Positions 36,643 through 44,374 of a DNA stretch of 64,000 nt are shown here, in pieces (position 1 is the stretch's first letter; every line of letters starts with the position of its first letter). The stretch lies in NCBI GenBank assembly GCA_959608885.1, contig CAUHSG010000003.1:2276-66275 (forward strand), in the 5' to 3' direction. The position numbers and the translations under genes are program-made. This DNA comes from an uncultured Coriobacteriia bacterium. GTDB lineage: Bacteria > Actinomycetota > Coriobacteriia > Coriobacteriales > QAMH01. The notes under the pieces are model-generated. The model saw nothing but the letters and a program-made list of their open reading frames with translations, was not told the DNA's origin and did not search any database.

Positions 36643-36755
36643 TCGAGATGTCTCGTCGGGCACGTTCCGGTGCAGGCGCCCCCCCCGGTCGGTGAAAGCC
36701 GACTTGGGACACGAAGTGACAAGACAGGTTGAGAGAGAAGAGGAAAGGAAAGAGC

Positions 36756-39095
36756 ATGAAGATTTTCAAAGGTCAGGGCACTGCCGATCTTGGCAAGCCG
36801 TGGCGCTTCGAAGAAGACGGCCTCACCGTCACCCGCGGTTGCGCATGGTCTCCTCCGGGATGTCATCCGACCGGATGCGGTATCAAGACCTACGTGAACT
36901 CCAACGGCGAGCTCGTGCGCGTCGAGGGCGATGAGAACCATCCCATCACAAACGGCCGCCTCTGCGTCCGTTGCCTGACCATCCGCGATTACGTCTACAA
37001 TCCCGATCGCGTCCTGTATCCCATGAAGCGCGCTCGCGAGGACCGCGGCAAGAACAAGTGGGAGCGTATCACTTGGGACGAGGCGTATGACACCATCGCC
37101 GAGAAGGTAAAGTACTTCAAGGACAAGTATGGTGCCGAATCCATCCTGGTCATGGGCGGCACCGGTCGCGAGGGTGGCCCCATGCTTCCCGCATACGCGC
37201 ACGCATGCCTGGGTACCCCCAACGCGTGCTATACGCAGTCCGGCTATTCCTGCTACATTCCGCGTGTCGCGGGCACGACCTACGTCATGGGCGCGACCTA
37301 TCCCGAGATGGACTATGCCGGCGGTCTGCCCGGCCGCTATGACGACCCGATGTTCAAGCTTCCCGAGCTCATCGTGTTCTGGGGCAAGGAGCCCCTTCCG
37401 TCCAACGGCGACGGCCTGTTCGGTCACGCCGCCATCGACATGATGCGCCGCGGCTCCAAGCTCATGAGCATCGACCCGCGCGTCAACTGGGTCTCCACGC
37501 GTGCCGACTGGCACCTGCGCCTGCGTCCCGGCACCGACGCGGCCCTGGGCATGGCGATGCTCAACGTTATCATCGAGGAGGACCTCTACGACCACGACTT
37601 CGTCGACAAGTGGTGCTACGGCTTCGAGCAGCTCGCCGAGCGCGTCAAGGAGATGCCCGCCGAGAAGGCCGCCGAGATCTGCGACCTCGACGCGAACCAG
37701 ATTCGCGAAGCCGCTCGCGTCTACGCCGCGGCCAAGCCCGCGCAGATCGCGTGGGGCCTGGCCATCGACCAGAAGTCCAATGGCGTCCAGGCCGGCCACT
37801 GCATCATGGCCCTCGAGGCCATCACCGGCAACATCGACGTTCCCGGCGGCCAGCTCATCGGTGATGTCAACGACGGACTCGAGCTCGGCTTTGGCTGGAA
37901 CAACCTCGGCCCCGAGCTTCAGAGCAAGATCCTGGGCATCAAGGAGTACCCGGCCTATGTCGGCCTCGTTCTCAACGCGCAGTGCGACATGGTCCTCGAC
38001 GCGCTCGAGGCGGGCGACGACGCCAAGTACTATCCGTTCAAGATGGGCGTCTTCGAGGACACCAACTTCCTGGCCGGCACCTGTGCCGCCCAGCCCAAGC
38101 GCTGGCACGATGCCATGGTCAAGAACCTCGAGTGGTGCTTTGGCATCGACGTGTGGATGACCCCGACGATTCAGGCCACCTGCGAGATCTTCCTGCCGCT
38201 GTCGTCGACCGTGGAGCATGATACCGTCGTGTACACGCACTACGGCGCATCGCCGATCATGGCCGGTGCCGTCAACAAGTCCATCACGGTGGGTGACTGC
38301 AAGGGCGATTGCGAGATCTTCTACGAGCTCGGCCTGCGCTGCATGCCCATCAACTTCGAGAAGTACAAGGACTACTACGACTTCCTGGCCGATTACCGCC
38401 TTGCCTATAAGAAGTCCTTCGAGGAGCTGCGCGAGGAGGTCGTCCACCAGAAGACCGAGATGTGCGGCTACTACAAGTACGAGTCCGGTCGCCTGCGTCC
38501 CGACGGCATGCCCGGCTTCAACACCCCGACCGGCCGCGTCGAGCTCTACTCGACGATGTTCCGCCAGTTCGGCGAGGATCCTTTGCCGTACTACGAGGAG
38601 CCGCAGCTCTCGCCGGTGTCCACGCCCGAGAAGATGGAGGAGTATCCCTTTGTCCTCACGACGGGTGCCCGTACCTATTGCTACTTCCACTCGGAGGGCA
38701 AGCAGATCCCGTACCTGCGCGAGATGAATCCCGACCCCCTGATCGAGATCAACCCCGAAGACGCGCTCAAGCATGGCATCACCGATGGCCAGTGGGTCGA
38801 GGTTGCAAGCCCGTTTGGCAAATGCGTCTTGAAGGCCAAGGTTTCCCAGATCGTCAAGCCGGGTGTCGTGCATGCGCAGCATGGTTTCTGGTTCCCCGAG
38901 AAGGATCCCGAGGAGCCCAGCCTGTACGAGGTATGGCGTTCCAACATCAACGAGCTCATCCCTCACTTCATGGTCGGAAAGCTCGGATTCGGCGCGCCGT
39001 TCAAGTGCCTGATCTGCAGCGTGAAACCGGTGTCGGAGAACTATGACACCGACATGATGGAGGTTTGGGACCACTTCGGAAAGTTGGTGATCTAG
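36756..39095 (+). CDS. molybdopterin (bis-MGD) oxidoreductase catalytic subunit, paralog A; cytoplasmic; acetylene-hydratase-like clade (inferred)
   Basis: 779 aa from MKIFKGQ with no twin-arginine signal. The N-terminal Cys motif is CAWSPPGCHPTGCG...CVRC. MopB-type regions include YPMKRAREDRGKNKWERITWDEAY, GGTGREGG and LYDHDFVDKWCYGFEQLAERV. The C-terminal beta-barrel region contains VLTTGARTYCYFHSE...INPEDA...DGQWV. Confidence 0.92.
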   Translation: MKIFKGQGTADLGKPWRFEEDGLTVTRGCAWSPPGCHPTGCGIKTYVNSNGELVRVEGDENHPITNGRLCVRCLTIRDYVYNPDRVLYPMKRAREDRGKNKWERITWDEAYDTIAEKVKYFKDKYGAESILVMGGTGREGGPMLPAYAHACLGTPNACYTQSGYSCYIPRVAGTTYVMGATYPEMDYAGGLPGRYDDPMFKLPELIVFWGKEPLPSNGDGLFGHAAIDMMRRGSKLMSIDPRVNWVSTRADWHLRLRPGTDAALGMAMLNVIIEEDLYDHDFVDKWCYGFEQLAERVKEMPAEKAAEICDLDANQIREAARVYAAAKPAQIAWGLAIDQKSNGVQAGHCIMALEAITGNIDVPGGQLIGDVNDGLELGFGWNNLGPELQSKILGIKEYPAYVGLVLNAQCDMVLDALEAGDDAKYYPFKMGVFEDTNFLAGTCAAQPKRWHDAMVKNLEWCFGIDVWMTPTIQATCEIFLPLSSTVEHDTVVYTHYGASPIMAGAVNKSITVGDCKGDCEIFYELGLRCMPINFEKYKDYYDFLADYRLAYKKSFEELREEVVHQKTEMCGYYKYESGRLRPDGMPGFNTPTGRVELYSTMFRQFGEDPLPYYEEPQLSPVSTPEKMEEYPFVLTTGARTYCYFHSEGKQIPYLREMNPDPLIEINPEDALKHGITDGQWVEVASPFGKCVLKAKVSQIVKPGVVHAQHGFWFPEKDPEEPSLYEVWRSNINELIPHFMVGKLGFGAPFKCLICSVKPVSENYDTDMMEVWDHFGKLVI

Positions 39096-39443
39096 ATGAC
39101 AGCCTACGGACTGCTTATCGATTACGAGTTTTGCACGGGCTGCCAGTCTTGCGAGGTTGCGTGCAAGGAGATTCATAACATCCCCGTGGGGCAGTGGGGC
39201 ATTCGCGTTCTCGACGATGGCCCCTGGGAGTGCTCGGACGGCAAGTTCAACTGGAACAAGATTCCGACCCCGACCCGCCTATGCGACCTGTGCGTGGAGC
39301 GTACGGAAAAGGGCCAGCAGCCCTTCTGCGTGCATCATTGCCTGGCCGGCGTCATGCAATGGGGCACGGTCGAGGACCTTGCAAAGGAGCTCGAGGAGAA
39401 GCCGAACCAGGTGCTCTTCGTACCCAAGCCCTACCAGTATTAG
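39096..39443 (+). CDS. small 8-Cys ferredoxin-like subunit (115 aa) partnered with paralog A
   Basis: The ATG abuts the stop of paralog A. First motif is CTGCQSCEVAC (Cx2Cx2Cx3C). The second set is CDLC-x11-CVHHC. Confidence 0.9.
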   Translation: MTAYGLLIDYEFCTGCQSCEVACKEIHNIPVGQWGIRVLDDGPWECSDGKFNWNKIPTPTRLCDLCVERTEKGQQPFCVHHCLAGVMQWGTVEDLAKELEEKPNQVLFVPKPYQY

Positions 39444-39537
39444 CAAACCCGTCGCGTGACGAGAGGTGCATGCGGGAGAGCAAGCGACCCCGCGTGCATC
39501 CCACGCGACAAGAGGCGAGCGAGAACAGGACGCCTTC

Positions 39538-40245
39538 ATGGACCAGCGGGAACTCGAAGTTCAAACCGAGGACAGATGCGACAACTATGCCATGCTGTCG
39601 CGCCTGTTTCGGAGCGAGGTCGACAAGGAACTCCTTGCCGACCTGATCGAAAGCCCCGTCGCCGAGTCGACGGGTAACGAGCTCTTTGACTCGGGCTACG
39701 CGCGCGTACGCGCATATCTGGACGCGATTGACGATCTCGATCGATTCAAGTCGGTGCTTGCCATTGACTACTGCCTGGCATTTCTGGGCTATGGCGTCGA
39801 CCCCGACAAGGCGGACGAGGCGGGTAGCAATGCCGCCTACCCATACGAGTCGATCTACCGTACCGGAAGCAAATCGCTGGGCGGAGACCACTGCGCCGAA
39901 GTGTCCGATGCGTTCCGCGCATGCATGTTCGCGCCCACGAGAGATCGCCTCATCGCGGACGACCACATCGCGTGCGAGCTCGAGTTCATGCAGTACCTGG
40001 CCAATAGCGAGCTTACCGCCCTGCGCGCGGGCGAGCTGGCGGCCGCCGCCGGGACGCGGAAAAAGGAACTCGAGTTTCTGGAGGGCCATCTGCTTGCGTG
40101 GATCGGCTCCTTCGGGGAAGTGGTCGCGAAGTTCGCCGAGACGGATTTCTACACCGGCCTGCTCGCCATGACGCAGGGTTGGCTCGAGCTCGATGCCGAG
40201 TATCTGCGCGAGGTCTGTACGACGGAGAGGGAGGGGGCGCGATGA
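39538..40245 (+). CDS. TorD/DmsD-family molybdoenzyme maturation chaperone
   Basis: NYAMLSRLFRSEVDKELLADL and EDHIACELEFMQYLA are TorD-like motifs. The start is taken at ATG 39538. Confidence 0.8.
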   Translation: MDQRELEVQTEDRCDNYAMLSRLFRSEVDKELLADLIESPVAESTGNELFDSGYARVRAYLDAIDDLDRFKSVLAIDYCLAFLGYGVDPDKADEAGSNAAYPYESIYRTGSKSLGGDHCAEVSDAFRACMFAPTRDRLIADDHIACELEFMQYLANSELTALRAGELAAAAGTRKKELEFLEGHLLAWIGSFGEVVAKFAETDFYTGLLAMTQGWLELDAEYLREVCTTEREGAR

Positions 40246-40562
40246 CGCAGGATCACGGGCCAGATGGCCGCAGCTGGAACAAGAGCGAGGTCGAGTATGA
40301 CCTTGGCGTTGCTGGCCCCGGTCAGAGCATCGTCATCACCATCACCCGTTCTGTCGGGGTCAAGATCATGGACCACGAGAATTACGAGCTCTACAAGGCA
40401 GATGAGGACTGCAGGGCCTTTTCGGGCCAGCTGACCTCGTCACCGTATCGATTCAAGGTGCCCCGCGAAGCGCGCTGGCACGTGATCATCAATCCGCACA
40501 CGTACTCGGGAACCGCCGAGTTCAACGTGAAGCTCATCGATGACGCGGTGCTTGGCGCCTGA
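40242..40562 (+). CDS. DUF1883-like small protein (106 aa)
   Basis: ATGA start/stop overlap with the TorD-like gene. The region EVEYDLGVAGPGQSIVITITRSVGVKIMDHENYELYKADEDCRAFSG...PYRFKVPREARWHVIIN resembles the DUF1883 pattern (recalled, not searched). Confidence 0.62.
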   Translation: MTQDHGPDGRSWNKSEVEYDLGVAGPGQSIVITITRSVGVKIMDHENYELYKADEDCRAFSGQLTSSPYRFKVPREARWHVIINPHTYSGTAEFNVKLIDDAVLGA

Positions 40563-40645
40563 TCGCGCGGATACGCACGTTTGGTTATGACGGTCCGGTA
40601 CAGACAAGAGCCGGGCCGTGAAAGAAGGAGAAGGAGAGTGAAGCA

Positions 40646-43012
40646 ATGGAGTTAAGTGATTACAAGGCAGCTCCAGTCGTGAAGCTGGATTCCCTTGCCG
40701 ACGTCAACGACATCGGCAAGCCCTGGCGCTACGAGGATGGCGATTACATCGTCACCCGCACCTGCCCGTGGTCGCCTCCGGGATGCCATCCCGTCGGCTG
40801 CGGTCTCAAGCTCTACGTCAACGAGGACGGCAGGCTCGAGCACGTCGAGGGCGACGAGAACCATCCCGTCACCCAGGGTCGTCTGTGCCCGAGGTGCATC
40901 ACGCTGAAGGACTACGTCTACAGCCCCGCCCGCATCCTCACCCCGATGAAGCGCGATCGCTCCCAGCGTGGCAACGCGGATGCCTGGGAAGAGTGCTCCT
41001 GGGACGAGGCCTTTGCCATCATCAAGGAGAACTACGAGCGCATCGTCGACCAGTACGGCCCCGAGTCCATCATCGGCATGTCCGGCACCGGCCGCGAGGG
41101 TGGCACCATGTCGCTGTATCCTACGATGGTGTTCGGCACGCCCAACTACTGCTACATGCAGTCTGGCTATGCCTGCTACACTCCGCGTCTCGCGGCTGCC
41201 GCCTACATCACGGGTTCCACCTATTCCGAGTGGGATTACGCGGGTGCGCTGCCCGACCGCTGGGATGACGAGCGCTACACGCTGACCGAGGTTCTGGTCA
41301 TGTGGGGCAAGGCTCCGCTCGAGTCCAACCCGGACGGCTTCTTCGGCCATGCGGTCGTCGACGCCATGCGCCGCGGCACGCGTCTCATCCAGATCGACCC
41401 GCGTGTCAACTGGCTGTCCGCCCGCGCCGACATCTTCATCCAGCTGCGCGCCGGCACGGATACGGCCCTGGCCATGGCGATGCTCGACATCATCATCAAG
41501 GAGGACCTCTACGATCACGAGTTTGTCGAGTACTGGTGCTACGGCTTCGAGCAGCTCGCCGAGCGCGTCGCCACGATGCCCCCCGAAAAGGCCGCCGAGA
41601 TCTGCCAGGTTCCCGTCGAGAAGATCTACGCCGCCGCACGCATGTACGCGAAGGCCAAGCCGGCCGCCATCATGTGGGGTCTTGCCGTCGACCAGAAGAC
41701 CGACGGCATGCAGAACAGCCAGTGCATCATCGCGCTGCAGGCCATCACCGGCAACTTCGACCGTCCGGGTGGCCAGCTCGTTCCTGGTGCCGATGCCGGT
41801 CACAACGAGCTCGGCTTTGGCTACAAGGAATGCATCCCCGACGAGCTCTTCCAGAAGATGATTGGCATGGACCAGTACCCCGCGTACTGCAACATGATCC
41901 TCAACTCGCAGGTTGACCTCATGCTCGAGGCCCTCGAGACCGACAAGCCCTATCCCATCCGCATGGGCTTTTACATGGCCTCCAACCCGCTGTCGAACAC
42001 CTCGATGGAGCCCAAGCGCTGGCATGACGCCCTGTGCAAGTCCCTCGAGTTCTGCATCGGCATCGACCTGTTCATGAACGCCTCCATCCAGGCGACCTGC
42101 GACATCTTCCTGCCCATCGCTACCATCGCCGAGCGCGAGGGCACCGTCTTCACGCACTATGCGCCCTGCACGGTTACCGCCGGCTTCATGCACAAGGCTG
42201 TCGATTGTGGTGGCCTGCCCTCCGACATGGAGCTCGCCTATCGCCTGGGCAAGTACCTGCATCCGGAACGCTTCTCCAAGTGGGCCAACGAGCACGAGCT
42301 CGTCGAGGCCTTCCGTCTGGGTGTCGAGAACCACGGCGAGACCTTCGACGAGGTTTCCAAGTGCGTCGTCGCCCAGGTGCCCATCGAGTACTACAAGTAC
42401 GAGAAGGGCCTGCTGCGTCAGGACGGCCAGGTTGGCTTTGCCACCCCGACCGGTCGCGTCGAGCTTTGGTCGACCGCGTACAACCAGTTTGGCGAGGATC
42501 CGCTGCCGTACTACATCGAGCCGGAGTTCAGCCCGGTCAGCAAGCCGGAGCTCATGGACGAGTATCCCCTCATCCTCACGACCGGCGCGCGCACCACGGC
42601 GTTCTTCCACTCCGAGAACCGTCAGATTCCCTACACGCGCGAGCTCAATCCCGATCCGCTGCTCGAAATCAATCCCAAGACGGCGCAGGAGAAAGGCATC
42701 GCCGATGGTCAGTGGGTGCGTGTCTGGAACATGTTCGGCGAGGCCGTCATGAAGGCCAAGGTCTCCGAGGCTGTGGACGAGAAGACCGTTCATGGTCAGC
42801 ACGGCTGGTGGTTCCCCGAAGAGGATGGCAGCGAACCGAACCTCTACGGCACCTTCCGCTCGCAGATTAATAACCTGTGCCCCAACGGCCGCATGGGCAA
42901 GCTGGGATTCGGCGCTCCCAACAAGTGCCTGATCTGCAACGTCGAGCCCGTGAGCGAGTCGTATGACACCGACATGAATCTCATCTGGGAAAAATTCGGA
43001 AAGCTGGTGTAA
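40646..43012 (+). CDS. molybdopterin (bis-MGD) oxidoreductase catalytic subunit, paralog B
   Basis: 788 aa with a GGAGAAGGAG RBS and no TAT signal. Motifs are CPWSPPGCHPVGCG...CPRC and LYDHEFVEYWCYGFEQLAERV. It is colinear with paralogs A, C and D. Confidence 0.92.
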   Translation: MELSDYKAAPVVKLDSLADVNDIGKPWRYEDGDYIVTRTCPWSPPGCHPVGCGLKLYVNEDGRLEHVEGDENHPVTQGRLCPRCITLKDYVYSPARILTPMKRDRSQRGNADAWEECSWDEAFAIIKENYERIVDQYGPESIIGMSGTGREGGTMSLYPTMVFGTPNYCYMQSGYACYTPRLAAAAYITGSTYSEWDYAGALPDRWDDERYTLTEVLVMWGKAPLESNPDGFFGHAVVDAMRRGTRLIQIDPRVNWLSARADIFIQLRAGTDTALAMAMLDIIIKEDLYDHEFVEYWCYGFEQLAERVATMPPEKAAEICQVPVEKIYAAARMYAKAKPAAIMWGLAVDQKTDGMQNSQCIIALQAITGNFDRPGGQLVPGADAGHNELGFGYKECIPDELFQKMIGMDQYPAYCNMILNSQVDLMLEALETDKPYPIRMGFYMASNPLSNTSMEPKRWHDALCKSLEFCIGIDLFMNASIQATCDIFLPIATIAEREGTVFTHYAPCTVTAGFMHKAVDCGGLPSDMELAYRLGKYLHPERFSKWANEHELVEAFRLGVENHGETFDEVSKCVVAQVPIEYYKYEKGLLRQDGQVGFATPTGRVELWSTAYNQFGEDPLPYYIEPEFSPVSKPELMDEYPLILTTGARTTAFFHSENRQIPYTRELNPDPLLEINPKTAQEKGIADGQWVRVWNMFGEAVMKAKVSEAVDEKTVHGQHGWWFPEEDGSEPNLYGTFRSQINNLCPNGRMGKLGFGAPNKCLICNVEPVSESYDTDMNLIWEKFGKLV

Positions 43013-43014
43013 AT

Positions 43015-43506
43015 ATGGCAACCTACGGACTTCTTATCGATTACGAGTACTGCACGAACTGCGGTTCGTGCCAGGTCTCCTGCAAGGAAGAGCATGGTTA
43101 CCCGGTAGGCAAGACGGGCATCGCCGTCCATGCCGATGGCCCGTGGTACATCGATGACGATAACATCAACTTCAACTACTTCCCCCTGCCGACGGATCTG
43201 TGCGACCTGTGTAAGGATCGCACCGCGCGTGGCCGCGAGCCCATCTGCGTGCATCACTGCCTCGCCAACATCCTCTACTACGGCACGGTCGAGGAGCTGT
43301 CGAAGAAGCTTGAGGAAAAGCCCAAGCAGATGCTCATCGTTCCGCAGTTCATGCCGCGCGAGGCCAAGGGCGAGTTCGTCCATCAGGAGAACGCGACCGA
43401 CGCGCACAAGGCAGCGGCCATGGAGGTCACCGGCACTGGTGCCTCGACGTTTGGCGCGCACCGTGCGGACGCCAAGGTCGGCGAGTACGAGGAGGACGCC
43501 GTCTAG
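43015..43506 (+). CDS. small 8-Cys ferredoxin-like subunit with a ~50-aa C-terminal extension (163 aa), partner of paralog B
   Basis: CTNCGSCQVSC plus CDLC-x11-CVHHC. It starts 2 nt after the stop of paralog B. Confidence 0.9.
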   Translation: MATYGLLIDYEYCTNCGSCQVSCKEEHGYPVGKTGIAVHADGPWYIDDDNINFNYFPLPTDLCDLCKDRTARGREPICVHHCLANILYYGTVEELSKKLEEKPKQMLIVPQFMPREAKGEFVHQENATDAHKAAAMEVTGTGASTFGAHRADAKVGEYEEDAV

Positions 43507-43639
43507 GACGGATTCCGATTCGTGACATTTTCACAGTCTCCACGGGGGCGTCTCGCATGGTCGGGTCGCCCCCTTGGGGGGAGATGGAAGGCAAGAGCCG
43601 CCGGGGCGGTTTTGTCTCATTGGCTTGGAAGGGGGATGC

Positions 43640-44083
43640 ATGGAAGAGACCGAATCAGAAGAGAACCGCACGGGTATGTTGGCCTACATCCGCTATGAGG
43701 GGGGCATACTCGGCGAACGCCACGTGGACAAGCACCTGGACGAGCCGTTGCCCGTCCGCATCGGGGCGGGCCGCGTGGTCAAGGGCATTGACGATGCCCT
43801 GCACAAGATGCAGGTTGGCGAAAGCGCCACGCTCATCATTCCCCCCGAAGAGGGGTACGGCGATGCCGACCCCAAGCAGGTCAAGTGGTATCCGCGTTCG
43901 ATCATTCCGCATGGTTACGAAATCAAGAAGGACACGATGATCATGTGGGAAAGCGCTGATGGCCTCGCCAAGCGCCCCGCCATGGTGGTGGACGCGACCG
44001 AAGACACGGTGAAGATTGACATGAATCATCCCTATGCGGGCAAGACGCTCGAATACTGGGTCGAGCTCGTCGACCTCCAGTAG
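43640..44083 (+). CDS. FKBP-type peptidyl-prolyl isomerase, SlyD-like, embedded in the molybdoenzyme array
   Basis: From MEETESE: VRIGAGRVVKGIDDALHKMQVGESATLIIPPEEGYG...DMNHPYAGKTLEYWVELVDLQ. Confidence 0.85.
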   Translation: MEETESEENRTGMLAYIRYEGGILGERHVDKHLDEPLPVRIGAGRVVKGIDDALHKMQVGESATLIIPPEEGYGDADPKQVKWYPRSIIPHGYEIKKDTMIMWESADGLAKRPAMVVDATEDTVKIDMNHPYAGKTLEYWVELVDLQ

Positions 44084-44095
44084 GGAGCGGATGCA

Positions 44096-44374
44096 ATGTG
44101 CTATCCGTGCACGAACTGCGGGCGCTGCGGAAAGTTCGATCCCAGCAGCCCTCTGTATACCCCTCCGCCGAGCATTCCGTGCCTGAAGTGCGGCGGCATC
44201 GTCGACGCCACGACGGGCATATGCGAGCAGTGCGGAGACCAGGCGTTCACGCCCACGGGCGGCATGATGGCCAGCGCAAATAGCCTGCGTCCTGATGCCG
44301 TCGACGGCGATGACGCCGAGCATCCCCTGGGGGTGCGCGAGGAGAATCCGATCGAAGGAGGGATTGCCTCATGA
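44096..44374 (+). CDS. 8-Cys mini-protein (92 aa): CxxCxxCxxC plus a zinc-ribbon/rubredoxin-like CxxCG-x9-CxxCG
   Basis: MCYPCTNCGRCGKF...PCLKCGGIVDATTGICEQCGD. ATGA start/stop overlap with paralog C. Confidence 0.6.
   Translation: MCYPCTNCGRCGKFDPSSPLYTPPPSIPCLKCGGIVDATTGICEQCGDQAFTPTGGMMASANSLRPDAVDGDDAEHPLGVREENPIEGGIAS

Noticed and set aside
36639-39176. 845-aa minus-strand ORF. Similar long antisense ORFs lie at 40652-43021, 45031-46050, 46423-47877 and 47953-49032.
   Set aside because: All are antisense shadows of molybdoenzyme paralogs A to D. They have no motifs and a biased composition, whereas the sense frames have conserved MopB motifs, RBSs and translational coupling to downstream genes.
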